The position numbers and the translations under genes are program-made. A DNA stretch of 61,860 nucleotides, filler included, from Asterionella formosa (taxonomy: Eukaryota): NCBI GenBank assembly GCA_002256025.1. It is 9 parts of 9 records of this genome, joined end to end, with 100 filler letters (N's around TTAATTAATTAA, not from the genome) between each part and the next. Parts side by side here need not be neighbours in the genome. Positions count along the whole stretch, not along the records: positions 34,467 to 41,244 come from NKIB01012610.1; positions 41,345 to 48,121 come from NKIB01012611.1; 7 more parts are not named here. One strand, written 5' to 3'. Within the stretch, counting starts at the first letter, position 1. Each line of letters opens with the position of its first letter. The notes under the pieces were generated by a model. The model was not told the DNA's origin. It saw nothing but the letters and a program-made list of their open reading frames with translations, and did not search any database. Positions 35,081 to 47,089 of this stretch are shown here, one piece after another.

Positions 35081-36512
35081 CTAAGAAATTCCCTTCAAAA
35101 AGTAGCATATTAGCTATTGAGATAGTAACTGAATAAATTTTTCTTTGCATCACCAGAAACTATTGTCAGTTGACCCCAAAAATTATGTGGGTTTCTAAAA
35201 TAATTATGGAAGTTATTGAAACTAATTTAGTTCGTTCCTATCATATACTAACTACTAGACGAAAACAACAAGGGTGTTGGTGGTGTGGTCGACAGTCTCT
35301 TCCTTGCAGACATCAAGAACCCGGTATGTAGTATCACCTCTACCGGTAAACGGGTCAAGGAGTCGTTTACCGATCGTCTACCGCTACGTTGTACCCTGGT
35401 ACCTGGTACCAGGTTACTATAGTCTAATTGTATCGTATATACGCACAGGTACACGTATCCTGGATTCAATCTCTGTCGATTTCGCGCGGAAATACTCACT
35501 ATTTTGTTGTTGTTGGGACTCAGCCTGTCAAGTCGTTTGGAGCACCGAACACACATGCCAACGCATAGCACCAAAACTCAACCACTTGAGGCGACATTTA
35601 AAATTAAAATGACTGCCGCCGGCGCGCAGTTCCGATCGAGCAAATTTACATACCGGTACCTGTAATAGGGTACCCCTGGTACCTGTTACATGGTACTATG
35701 GTAGGCAAACAAACTGATCATCAAATTCGAATGTGCTGAAGAAGGGCTTATGAATTCAGCGGTATGCGATTGTGACCTAATGCAAGCACACTCATTTGTA
35801 TAGAATTTAGCGAACTGCCTGCATGTGTGTTCCGAAACAATACTCCGGAATCCGAAGTATGGTTTCGAGTACGGTTCGACAAATACCGTAGTTATTTTAC
35901 CCTACATACACACGTGTGAATCCTGAATATCATGTGTTACTAAAGATATTTACCGGGTTACTCCAGTACTATCAGGTAAATAGATTCAAAGGTAGTGGTA
36001 CTTCGCTGATAAACCATAGATTTAAACCCATCCCTGTAGCCGGCAATAGCTACCAGTGGTAGGTGCAAATATTGATTGTGCTTAAAACCAAGACTTCAAC
36101 GGTTAGTCTCGTGAGTATTTAGATGCCCATACAGGACTCGTCAATACATACCAAGGATACCGGTAGCGCCCCTCATGTATGCATATTATCAGCGAGCTTG
36201 CAATACTTGTGTATGGCTGTGAAGCCATTGGACTCAATTGCAATATGCATATATCTATCGATGTATACCAGGACTATATCTCCTCTGTCACGTAGATTTC
36301 TATATATTCTCCATGCACTTGATGTAGAATCGTTATTTGAATTTGAATCGGCAGCGAGTCAGGCCGTCACTGGTTAGCGATTTGAATTTTGACAGTGCAA
36401 GATACGAAGAAACGTTTCTTGTCAACAAATTTTCATAGGATCATCGCTCTTTCGGGTGTGTCATAAAAGGGATTCTAGGCCATCTTGCTTACCTATTTAC
36501 CTTCCTCCGTCC

Positions 36513-37724
36513 ATGATGCTTCATCTCGTTTGCTTAGCTCTCCTCGCTGTTGGGGTGGTCGCCCAACCCTCCACGCCCTGTGAAGTTTGCCTTAATGGCG
36601 GGGCTCCTGTTAATATCAATGCGATTATTGGCGGAGCAGACGGCATTCGTTGTGGCTACTACTACGAAAACGCTGAGTTTCTTTCCACGGATAGTTGCAA
36701 TTTGATTCAGGAGCCTATGAACCAATACATTTGCGGTTGCCCTGGAGCAGTACAAACACCTACACTTCCACCTGTGTCGCTTCCAATTCCTGATGGAACT
36801 CCGGAACCAACTACCCCAGGATCGCCAGCGCCAGTGGCTGCTCCAGTGACTGTATCCACTGCCCCAGTGGTTGCACCAACTACGCCAGGATCGCCAGCGC
36901 CAGTGGTTGCACCAACTACGCCAGGATCACCAGCGCCAGTGGTTGCACCAACTACGCCAGGATCACCAGCGCCAGTGGTTGCACCTACTGCTCCCGATAC
37001 AATAGTACCCACACAAAGTCCTCCGATTTCTGCTCCTACAGTGACTCCTCCAGTGCTACTAAAACCTCCGGTTGTAGGCTACCCGACAGTTACTCCAAGC
37101 ACGGCATACACATACGCGCCATTGACTACGCCACCATTCGCTCCTGTCCCTAAAACCATGCAACCAGTGCAAACCAAGCCAACCACCTATGACTACCCCA
37201 CACCAATGCCTGTCAAACCTACACCAATGCCTCTTGAACCTACACCAAAGCCTGTGGCTCCCTACTACAAGCCTATCGCTCCTGTCCCTAAAACGACCGA
37301 TGCTCCAGCTCCAGTTTCCACGCCAACCAGCTACGATTCTCCAAAGCCCGTAGAGTCCAAGCCGACCTACTATGAGCCTATACAAATTGCACCTTCAACA
37401 AGCAAGGGCTCAGACAGCAAGAGCGGATACGGAAAGGGCAAGGGAGGAAAGGGAGCTAGCAAGGGCTCGAAAGGATCCAAGGGAGGAAAGGGCTCAGACA
37501 GCAAGAGCGGATACGGAAAGGGCAAGGGTGGAAAGGGCTCAGACAGCAAGGGAGGAAAGGGCAAGGGTGGAAAGGGCTCAGGCAGCAAGGGAGGAAAAGG
37601 CAAGGGTGGAAAGGGCTCAGGCAGCAAGAGCGGATACGGATACCCAAGCGAAAGCAAGAGCGGATACGGATACCCAGATGATAAGACCGGAGGCAAAACA
37701 AAGCACGTCCGTCGTTCCAGTTAA
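36513..37724 (+). CDS. Secreted silaffin/cingulin-like protein: Cys-rich module + Pro/Thr repeats + Lys/Gly/Ser/Tyr-rich KxxK tail
   Basis: Signal MMLHLVCLALLAVGVVA; CEVC...C...C...CGC module; PTTPGSPAPVVA repeats; tail of SKSGYG and KGKGGKGS repeats. Confidence 0.8.
   Translation: MMLHLVCLALLAVGVVAQPSTPCEVCLNGGAPVNINAIIGGADGIRCGYYYENAEFLSTDSCNLIQEPMNQYICGCPGAVQTPTLPPVSLPIPDGTPEPTTPGSPAPVAAPVTVSTAPVVAPTTPGSPAPVVAPTTPGSPAPVVAPTTPGSPAPVVAPTAPDTIVPTQSPPISAPTVTPPVLLKPPVVGYPTVTPSTAYTYAPLTTPPFAPVPKTMQPVQTKPTTYDYPTPMPVKPTPMPLEPTPKPVAPYYKPIAPVPKTTDAPAPVSTPTSYDSPKPVESKPTYYEPIQIAPSTSKGSDSKSGYGKGKGGKGASKGSKGSKGGKGSDSKSGYGKGKGGKGSDSKGGKGKGGKGSGSKGGKGKGGKGSGSKSGYGYPSESKSGYGYPDDKTGGKTKHVRRSS
36807..36983 (+). 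repeat. 36-bp coding minisatellite (PTTPGSPAPVVA)
   Basis: ccaactacgccaggatc(a/g)ccagcgccagtggttgca tandem copies at 36876, 36912, 36948 and a related copy at 36807. Confidence 0.9.
37398..37680 (+). repeat. Purine-rich coding repeats (KGKGGKGS / SKSGYG)
   Basis: Repeated aagggcaagggtggaaagggctcag and agcaagagcggatacgga units. Confidence 0.9.
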
Positions 37725-38081
37725 CTCATTCGCGGCTCCATTAATAATTCATGATGAAATTTCTCCAAAGTGTTGGGTCAAGCTGGTGTACACGGCTATT
37801 TTATTAACATGTCGTTCGAAACCATTGCTTGTTCTTGCACACACATACTTACATAACTTACCACTAATGTTACTGTCTTTATTTTCAATTTAGTTTACGT
37901 TTTTTATTGTGTCTCGTTTATACCGTGACTGAGATGTGCAGATCATCACCTAAATTTGTTTACATTCGTTTTCGACAGTACAGCATAAAATAGTTCACGT
38001 TCGAAAGGCAGTGGGATAATTGCATAAGTGCACCCGTATACGCTCATCAGCCAGTGAACAAGAAAACCTGTGCGCTAAAGT

Positions 38082-39368
38082 CTATGATTCATATTTGCAG
38101 TTGCTGACAAGGCCAAGGTAATTGTGAATCGCCTCTTCCTCTTCGGTAAGTAACAACCGAATCGCATCACCCATACCATTCCATTCATGACCCACCTGTG
38201 TCAAAGCAACATCCAATCGTTCAAGACATGTGTTGATTTCCCTCGCCCTTGTTTGCAACATGCATGCCAGGGTCTCTTGTGGAAAATGTTCTGCTGCACT
38301 GGCACCGCCCAATTGCTCGCAAATTTGTGTCACCATGCCGAGATGTGCATTTAGTATGCTGGTCGGAAGTCTTGTTCGTCCATCATACGCCAACAAAGTT
38401 CGGCTCATCTCCTCTCCTCCAACTCTCGTGACTAGCTGTTTCAATTGAGCGACTGTCAGGGGATGAAACAGGGTTGGCCGAGCTGATGCACACCCTTGAA
38501 GGAGGTCGTCGACATCAAAGAATACAAGCATTTCGGGGTTTTCTGCTATGCAAAAATTGTACGTAAGCATCAGTTTTAAATTATCACGATCATCTCCGTA
38601 CGAGATAAATACTTGGTCTCCTGCTTGATAGGAGCATATGGACCGAAGCTCCCACTGGTCAGTTCCTTGTAGTTGCAAAGTCGATTTAGTCCCCACTCGA
38701 TGGTTGAGCAAATCAAATCCAGGAATCATGGCACGAAATTGTCCTCCCCCTCCAGGACGTATTCTATCGCCAAGCGTGTGCTCGAAATCAACTCCAACGG
38801 ATCTGGAGCGCACTGTTGCGAAGGCCCAAAGAAACTCCACTAGAGACGGGATGTACAAGGCAGTGTCCTCGTCAGCAGCTCGTAGTGCATCACAGGAGGA
38901 TTCATACATATCCACAGCGTACTCCTGGGTCGCATCTATGACTTTCGCATATGTCAACGGAACGCATGATTTTAGATGCTCTGGCATGGTCAAGACGGAA
39001 TATTGGTCAGGCAGCGACGATGCGTATTCATCGTGATCGTGCCGCAAATGACAAATGCCTAAGGAAAGTACTTGCTCATCGGTGAGCACTTGACTTCCTG
39101 CCTTAGCTGCGTCATTGATACGAGGATACTTGGCCAGAATCGAGACGCTGGTGACAACCTGCTCCGCACCAATGGCAAGAACTAGTTCGTTCTCGTTGCG
39201 ATCTCGCGTGGTTCGTATCCCTCGGCCGGTTTCTGGAAACGGATGTAGCTGCAAATTAAAGAGGCGAAGGTGCTCTATGATCTTTTCGGGAGGACTGCTG
39301 CTGTGCTGAGGCGACAATGATAGCCAAAGAACAGAGAGAAAAGGATTGTTGAACGAAAGGATTGCCAT
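38082..39368 (-). CDS. SET-domain lysine methyltransferase (Rubisco-LSMT/SETD3-like); 5' end uncertain (possible micro-exon from ATG 39383)
   Basis: GRGIRTT, FLWAFATVRSR, MIPGFDLLNH, QVFISYG, NLKLMLTYNF. Confidence 0.85.
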   Translation of the reverse strand: MAILSFNNPFLSVLWLSLSPQHSSSPPEKIIEHLRLFNLQLHPFPETGRGIRTTRDRNENELVLAIGAEQVVTSVSILAKYPRINDAAKAGSQVLTDEQVLSLGICHLRHDHDEYASSLPDQYSVLTMPEHLKSCVPLTYAKVIDATQEYAVDMYESSCDALRAADEDTALYIPSLVEFLWAFATVRSRSVGVDFEHTLGDRIRPGGGGQFRAMIPGFDLLNHRVGTKSTLQLQGTDQWELRSICSYQAGDQVFISYGDDRDNLKLMLTYNFCIAENPEMLVFFDVDDLLQGCASARPTLFHPLTVAQLKQLVTRVGGEEMSRTLLAYDGRTRLPTSILNAHLGMVTQICEQLGGASAAEHFPQETLACMLQTRAREINTCLERLDVALTQVGHEWNGMGDAIRLLLTEEEEAIHNYLGLVSNCKYES

Positions 39369-40027
39369 CGTACGATCACCATGGTCGCCGTCAACAAAAC
39401 AAGAATTTCGCTCAGATATTCTTTCAAGCAAGCATGCCCTGGGCGGCCCCCCTCTCCCACTTTTCTACCGTCTGTATGCTGGTATTCATACTACTGGTAC
39501 CCCACGGTAGGGCAGTACCAGTACATTACGACAAATTGAGGGCTAGTAAACAAAGACAGTATAAGGATATGCAGCTACCCTCATGCTGACATCCCTGATT
39601 CATTGATGCTGCTTTGATAAATGTTTCTTTTCCATGCATTGTTGCTTCCCACAAAGTTGTTCTAAGACTCGCTTTGAAATTCCACTTAATATTTCCATAG
39701 AAATCTTCAATCTTGTTAGATAGCTGATTGGCATGGAAATGCAAGATTCAACTTGTTGGATTACAATCGAGTCCACAATCCTCGTGACTCAAGCTAACAT
39801 TCTTGACAGACTACCAGTAGGTATACTGATAGATAATAATTTGCTTCTTTGGAGCAGCGAATCCTTGTTTCGCACTGGCAAACCTATTTTCCTGAATGTA
39901 AAATATCTCATTATTTTCTCTACCTATTAGGTGGCCATTAATCAATGTCAGCTTCTGCATGGGAAGGTGCCATACTGACGTAAGATGCTTTACTTTTGTG
40001 TGAAATTTTGTCCTCTGATTAATATCT

Positions 40028-41244
40028 TCACCGGAGTGTGGGTTCCTGAAGGTCAAAGTTATCGATATCGGTCTCATCATCCATCACATTCATTCTCATT
40101 CTCGGAGGCATATTGTTGGGCTGACCAGTCATGGCGAGAATTCTCTCCCATATCGTTCCATAGGGGCTCATAGATCGCGGACTTGTTGCTACTAGCTGAG
40201 GAATGGGCAAGTAGACAATGACATTGTTGACAAGCCCCACCGAGAATCCAGTCATTCCAGCCATTGCACCATGAACGGCATTTTGCGCAAGCTGCAAGCA
40301 ATAGAGAGAGTCTGCCCCATTAGCAGGAACCGAGCGAACTGTGTAGGAAGGGTCAATGTATTTGACAGTGGCCACTTCTCCAAAACTTTCGAAGTGATCT
40401 GCAATCGCCTTGGTGATAAATTCTCCAATTTGAGGCCGAGCCCTGTTGCCTCCTGAATCCAAGACCTCTGAGACACCGAGAATGTCCTCTCCCGCTCCTT
40501 CGGCAACAACGACGACGGCAAAACCTTGTTCCTTCACCCTGCTCCGTAGAAATGAAAGTATACTATCTGGTCCATCGAGAACGATTGGAATTTCTGGTAC
40601 AAGCACAAGGTCAACGTCGCCAGATCCAAGAGCAGCAAAGGCTGCAAGGAACCCAGCCGAGCGGCCCATTAATTTTACAATACCGATCCCATTTGGAACG
40701 TTACACATGGCCTCTGTCTTGGCAGTTCGTATACCAGCTTGTGCAGCTTCTACCGCACTTGAGAAACCAAAGGACCGGTCAATATAGTCTAAATCGTTGT
40801 CAATGGTCTTTGGGATCCCTGCCACTGCCACATTCATTTCGCTCCTTAAACACGCGTCACTAATATCATAAGCTCCTCGATGAGTACCATCACCACCAAT
40901 AACGTAAAGCTGCTGTATATCCTTTTCTTTTAGAAAGGCAAGAATCGCGTCCAAGTCAAATCCTCCACGTGCGGATCGTAGTATGGTCCCACCCTCGTGA
41001 TGAATGTTCTCTACCATTTCGTTTGTCAAAAGTACTGGTGGATATTCCGCTTGATGAAATCCATTAAACCCCCCTGTAATACCATATACCTTTGAGGCTC
41101 CATATAGATAGTACAGTGAGTGCACCAACTCTCGAATAACATTGTTCAGCCCAGGACATAGTCCTCCACAAGTAACAATGGCTGCATTTACCTTGCTTGG
41201 ATCAAAATGCAAGACCTTTCTTGGTCCGGCGAGATGGAACGCGC
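40028..41244 (-). CDS. PFK: 6-phosphofructokinase, plant/protist ATP-type; 5' end cut by linker
   Basis: AGPR, IVTCGGLCPGLNNVIRE, GGTILRSARG, GGDGT, PKTIDND, KLMGRSAGF, VVAEGAG, KYIDPSY. Confidence 0.93.
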
Positions 41245-41353
41245 NNNNNNNNNNNNNNNNNNNNNNNNNNNNNNNNNNNNNNNNNNNNTTAATTAATTAA
41301 NNNNNNNNNNNNNNNNNNNNNNNNNNNNNNNNNNNNNNNNNNNNTCGACGACG

Positions 41354-43100
41354 ATGAATGCTTCTCAAGTAGGCCGCCGCTTTGTCCCCAAGGCTACCAA
41401 GGCGTGGACCAAATCATTGCCTGTCTTTACGGTAAGTAACATGAGCATGGAAACGGGCAGCTGATTTGCTTGTCATTGTTGCTTGCAATCATGTACCAAT
41501 TGTATTTCAACATCTCTCCTAATATTTTTGCTCTATATTTTTGCGCGTGTACGATCTGATCCAATGTATCAGGCCTCCAAGAATGAATCCGACATCAGCA
41601 CGACTCCACTACTAGTCCTGGATCCAGTCCACCTGGAACCTCTAGGATCATGGTCGTCCGAACAACTCCATGCCTCGCGTGCGGCCAATCCATTCATGAT
41701 GACTTGGGTGCCTGGGAGGAACCGATCGGCAGTCCCGAACATGACGCATGGCGAGGGCGTATACTTGTACGACGACCAGGGCAAGCAGTACATTGACTGG
41801 ACGTCACAAGCAGTATGCGCCAATCTAGGGCACTCCGTTTCAGACCGCATTGTAGAGGCAGTGGTGCATCAAATTACGACTGTCCCGTTCCTATATGGTG
41901 GCATTGGCATTCCGGAAGTTCGCACCCGCCTCAATCAACTCATGGGAGAAGTCTTGCCAGGATCGTTGGTCGCTGCTGTATTCCCTTCCTCGGGAGCTGA
42001 AGCGAATGAAGCAGCAATTATGATGGCGCGGCGGTATACTGGGAAACACAAAGTGCTGTCGTGGTATCGATCCTATCATGGTGGAACGGCCCATGCGGGG
42101 GCCGCAACTGGGGACTTTCGTCGATGGTATGGATCAGACCATGTTCCAGGATTTGTAAAAGTATTTTCGCCATTTCCACTGTTTTTTGATCATAAGGGGG
42201 ACACTGAAGAGGAACAAGTGGCGTCGGCCCTGCACATGTTGGAAGAACAAATTTTGAATGAAGGTCCTGATACCATTGCCTCTATTATGATGGAAAGCAT
42301 TGTTGGAGCCGGAGGCTGTTTGGTCATGCCCAAGGGATACATGCAAGGTGTAAGAGCCCTGTGTGATGAATATGGTATTTTAATGCATTTGGATGAAGTC
42401 ATGGTGGGATTTGGAAGGACAGGTCAACTGTTTGGATTTCAACATTATGAAGGGGTCATCCCAGATATTGTTTCAGCAGCCAAGGGCCTGTCGTCTGCTG
42501 TTCTTCCTCTGTCCATGACAGCCTGTCGTAAGGATATTTTGGAATTTTTCGAGGACAAACCATTGGGATGGGGATCTACATATCAGGCACACCCTGTGGC
42601 CATGGCATGTGCCTACGAAACACTCAAACAATTGATTCAAACAGATATTGTTGGACGTGTTCAAGAATTGGCACCATTGTTCGATGCCAACATGCAACGT
42701 GTATCAGAACAACATCCATGCATCAAACAATATCGAGCTATTGGATTGTTTGGATGTATGGATGTCATGGAATTGGCTGGAACAAATCCTAAATTACAAC
42801 ACAAGGCTGCACATGATGCCTTTGTCAAGTACAAAAAGGTATGATTTGTGTGCCAAAATGGCAGTATACAATTTATAAAAACATGCTATGATAAAATATC
42901 GTTTCCATCTCTCTGACACTCACAAATGCACTCATTATTTATAGGCCTATGGGGAAGCTGGGCTGGTGGGTCTTCACCGTTACCCTCATATTCATTCAGC
43001 ACCACCACTCATCATTACAGAGAAGGAACTATTGGATGGGTTTGACCGCCTTGATGAAGCCCTCTGTGTTTTAGATGAGGAACTGGGATACAACAATTAG
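41354..43100 (+). CDS. Class-III PLP aminotransferase (omega-amino acid/taurine-pyruvate-like); introns 41432-41572 and 42839-42944
   Basis: GEGVYLYD, SSGAEANEAA, SYHG, DEVMVGFGRTG, PDIVSAAKGL (PLP Lys), TYQAHPVAMA, APPLII; canonical introns keep frame; Arg/Lys-rich leader suggests mitochondrial import. Confidence 0.9.
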
Positions 43101-43848
43101 TGTACAAGTGGAATTTGGGAACAATTTTGGCCATGCAGAATGCAAGAAACACGAATTGTTTTAGTGGCTTTAATGAATGCTCCGACTACTATAAAACAGT
43201 CTATTCCTCCTCAAATATATCATTGCCTTCACGATAATAATAATAGTACTCTGGATCACCTTCAGAAAAATCATGAAGGGATTTCAAAAGCATATAGCTC
43301 AGTCATTGAGCATCATCCACAGTCCTAGGAGTTGTGAACACAATGGCCATCACCACTTTACCTCTGATATTCATGAGCTCCTTCCACAAAACTGTTATTC
43401 TTTCAACTCAATGTCCCTTTGCAAAAATCACATGATGATTTTGGAACTATGGTCATGGGTGAACATACTTGGGAAGGCATGAAATGACAGCACCATTCCC
43501 AAATGTCAATTTTTGTTTTTGCGCCATCCCACACTGATATATTTTTAAATGATTTTGGGAGGCAGACTTCTCATGTAGCTGAAAATCTTCTTAAACCTAG
43601 AGACTTATTGTCATGTATACCTCCAGAAATCTCCATTTCTGTTAATATAAATGAATAAACTTTTCAGAATGAAATATCTGATAAATGGAAGGGATTGAAA
43701 TCCATGCTGAATCCAGTCAATTCAATTTGAGGATGTCAGCCTACTTAGCCAGAAATAATCCAAATACTGGTACACACAGCCATAACTTATATTAGTGTTT
43801 ACAAATTTCAAAAGTATAAAGGGAACTTATAAAAGGGAATGTTGCTCC

Positions 43849-43920
43849 GGTCCGCACGGGGATTTGAACCCCGGACCTCCTGCACCCAAAGCAGGAATCA
43901 TACCACTAGACCATGCGGAC
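43849..43920 (-). tRNA. trnP-UGG: tRNA-Pro(UGG)
   Basis: 72 nt: acceptor GTCCGCA/TGCGGAC, anticodon arm CCTGC-TTTGGGT-GCAGG, T-loop GGTTCAAATCC, discriminator C. Confidence 0.95.
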
Positions 43921-44232
43921 GGTTGTAACGGAGGACGAAAATGTAATATTTAATCTGTGGTTTTTAAGAATTGTATAATTCTTATTGTTGCTTACAAACA
44001 GAAATACCGGTCTACCCGGTAATGATGTACATTAAACATTCTATAATCATGATCATTGGATGACATGCGATGATAACGGTACTGGTGTTCTCATGACGAC
44101 GAACCAACTAGTATGTACGACGACGAAATCAAGAATTTCCGCCAAGAAGAATTTATCATTTTACAAAAAATAGTTGACTACCTGGTCCTACACTCGCTCT
44201 GATTATTATTATTATAATTACTATTATCCATC

Positions 44233-45545
44233 ATGACGACTGATTGTTGGTTGCTGTTCGTAGTAATCTTACCACTTGTCGGTCGTTGCACATTCGTGCA
44301 CTCGTTTGTTCCTAAAGCTCCCTTTCTTCAACACGAGCAAACGAATGGCCGCTGTCATGAATTGCAGCAACAGTTTCCTCACTTTGGAATCGCCGAATGG
44401 AGGGACTTGCCATACGAAGGGCCCTTGTTGGATCTCCTCAAAACAACAGCAGCCACAAAGCAGCAGCAACTACAACAACAACTGCCAAAGGTCGTGTCCA
44501 TCTTACCCTTTCCATTCAACCAAGTGTTGCTACAAGGAGAAACGAAGGAACTGCGGTTGTATGAAGATCGGTTCTTGCAACTCTTTGATTCTGTCATGGA
44601 ACAACAGGGTGGGATTGTAGGGATGGGATTGTTGGCTCAGTCAGGATTGATTCAAACTATTCCACTTTGTGAAATTGAAGCCTTTCAACGGATGGAGGGA
44701 TTCGGAATCTTTGTGACCATTCGGGTTGTTGGACGAGCGCAGTTGGTTGCTATAACTCAGCAAGAGCCATATTTAATGGGCGTTTGTCTGGAATTGGCGG
44801 ATGAATTCCCGCAGGATTCAACTACACTGCAGTTGTTGACAAATACTATGGAGCAGACCATTGTTACTATAACTGCCATGGAATATAGATTGAAAAAGAT
44901 TATGGAAGCGACCTTGTTGCTTCGTGATGAAATTGACAACAACAACAACAGCGACGACACTGACGATGATGACATGGTACGGAGAATCAATATTGCCAAG
45001 TTGGTAAGTATACGTCATCATAGTTTCCATTTATGCGACTGCAGGAAGAAGTCATCTCACGTTTGCCTCACTCATTCAATATCGACCTATATATCATGTA
45101 AACGTATTGTATTGTATTGTATTTTAATATTTTATAGGAGGACCAATTCTACCAAGATCAAAGTGTCGATAATGGCAATGACATGGAGGATATTGATGAC
45201 GACGACAATGATGAAATTACGGAACAGGATCGACGTGGTCGGTTTCAACAAGCCTATGAGATTGCCATGGAAACTGATACGCAGGGATATCTTTATACCT
45301 CTAAATCGTCATCCAAATTGGAAGATCTCTCTCCCAAGGAACTCACAGCCTTATCATGGGCTGCCTTTTGTACTGATCTCATCCCCAACAGCACAGATGC
45401 TATGTTTCGAATACAAGCCATGGATGAAACCAATATTATTGAACGATTGAAATTGGCAAGTAAGATGCTCAAGGATAAGAAAGGACGAGTAGAAACACAA
45501 TTGAAAAAAGCGGGATTAAATAAGGAGGAGGACGACAAGCCTTAA
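44233..45545 (+). CDS. Lon N-terminal (substrate-binding/PUA-like) domain protein, likely plastid; intron 45004-45137
   Basis: LPFP..VLLQGETKELRLYEDRFLQL, VVGRAQL...QEPYL, AMDETNIIERLK; signal + VHS-FVP; GTAAGT...ATAG intron; no AAA+ or protease domain. Confidence 0.8.
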
Positions 45546-45562
45546 AATGTCTTGACAATTCT

Positions 45563-47089
45563 CTAATCGGTTCTCTCCTTAAAAATATTTCGCAGCTGTC
45601 GTCGAAAATTTTGTTCCAAAGACATGGCCACACCAAGGAGCAGTAGTAAACTAAGGATGCCCAAAAAAACATGTTGACTTGCGTGTACGAGCCAATCAAC
45701 ATTCCGTAACGAAATCGTCCCACTTGTCAAAGTTGATTCGTATGCTTGCAATCGCCCCAATGAAAGTCTTGTGACACCGTACGATACCACAAATCCAACC
45801 AACACAAGGGGATGTGGCAACATGGCCCGCATCAATTTCATAAAACCAACCTTAAAGTACTTGGCAGCAAAATGAATGGAATAACAAATCCGTAACCCCA
45901 TACATACACCATTTGCTGCTACCAACCCAACTGACGAATAATGAGCTACGAAACTAGGAGCCAACCCTGCAAAGACACCACCAACAATGGTGTGCGCCAT
46001 ACTGAGTTGACCAATTTCAGCAGCAGATGTGGACACAGCATATACCAACGCTTCAGTCATGCCATTCCAAGCCAATACTCCTGTATAGACACAAAAGGCA
46101 GACAAAACAACAGCAGCATCTCGTGGCTGTCCTACAATAGTCACCAACACGGATGTATAATTCACCGCCACAAAGGTAAATATGGCGCCAATATACAGGA
46201 CAGCCTTGACAATGACGGTGTAGGATTCTTGTAATAGTGCTGAGTTCTGACGAGACCATAGCAGTCTAGCATTTTCTTCCAAGGGTTGCAGCAACAATCG
46301 TGCAGCCATGCCGCCATAGGCACTTGCAATGGCATAAATCCCTTGGTGGTAATTGTCAGCTAGAGTCGATAGGACAATCCTATCTCCTTCCGTCAACAAA
46401 TGCTTGAATATCCCCTGACAAGTAAAAATTCCAGTCAAGCGTAGCGTTTCGTAGTCTAGACCGTTTTTCCATGTTGGTAAAGGTACGTGTTTGCGAGTGT
46501 AAAGGTACATGACGATAGAAATGCCCAGGGCATGAGAAACTTGCCCGACCCCAAAGGCGGTGACTGGGAAGTTGGGAAAGCATAGCAACGACGCAATGGT
46601 AGCAATTGTTTTGAGCAATGCCCCTATACCTTCTGCCGATGCCTTGATGGAAATGTTTACTGTGCGGAGACACCACAAGACTCGTGGTTCAGCCAATCCT
46701 TCCATCCATGCGGCCAAACAATAGAGCAGCCCGGCAAGTCTGTAATCGTCGTTGGATGATTTGGAATCAGGTTGCAACACCCACCACCCAGCTGCGACAG
46801 CGGCTAGTACAGTGTGTACTATCACTGTACACCATGCTGTATTCCATAATTGTGGAGTATTCGCTTGTGTTTGCTTCGTAAGAGCCAATCGAAAGCCTTC
46901 TCTACTGAAAAACAGAACTGTCGACGACAGTAATTCTAGTTCGATGCTGGCCTTGCCGAGAGATGACACATCGACCAGTCGAAAGATTATTTGCGAGGAT
47001 AGGAAGGAAAATATTCTCAGTACAAGAGTAAGCAAGGTTCCTCGAGCAGCAGCAGCGGCGACGCTTCCACCACTGTTTGTCATGGTCAT
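45563..47089 (-). CDS. RFT1: RFT1 (Man5GlcNAc2-PP-dolichol translocation protein)
   Basis: LELLSSTVLFFSREGFRLA, EGLAEP, FKHLLTEGD, QGIYAIASAYGGMAARLLLQPLEE, LAWNGMTEA; multi-TM. Confidence 0.93.
   Translation of the reverse strand: MTMTNSGGSVAAAAARGTLLTLVLRIFSFLSSQIIFRLVDVSSLGKASIELELLSSTVLFFSREGFRLALTKQTQANTPQLWNTAWCTVIVHTVLAAVAAGWWVLQPDSKSSNDDYRLAGLLYCLAAWMEGLAEPRVLWCLRTVNISIKASAEGIGALLKTIATIASLLCFPNFPVTAFGVGQVSHALGISIVMYLYTRKHVPLPTWKNGLDYETLRLTGIFTCQGIFKHLLTEGDRIVLSTLADNYHQGIYAIASAYGGMAARLLLQPLEENARLLWSRQNSALLQESYTVIVKAVLYIGAIFTFVAVNYTSVLVTIVGQPRDAAVVLSAFCVYTGVLAWNGMTEALVYAVSTSAAEIGQLSMAHTIVGGVFAGLAPSFVAHYSSVGLVAANGVCMGLRICYSIHFAAKYFKVGFMKLMRAMLPHPLVLVGFVVSYGVTRLSLGRLQAYESTLTSGTISLRNVDWLVHASQHVFLGILSLLLLLGVAMSLEQNFRRQLRNIFKERTD

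Noticed and set aside
37370..37893. Alternative-frame ORFs (PFPPLPFP; ARAQTARADTER)
   Set aside because: Shadow translations of the Lys/Gly repeat DNA.
36456..47089. Functional cluster of PFK, aminotransferase, SET and silaffin-like genes (e.g. polyamine/silica pathway)
   Set aside because: A linker at 41245-41344 splits the set, and the genes have unrelated housekeeping roles.
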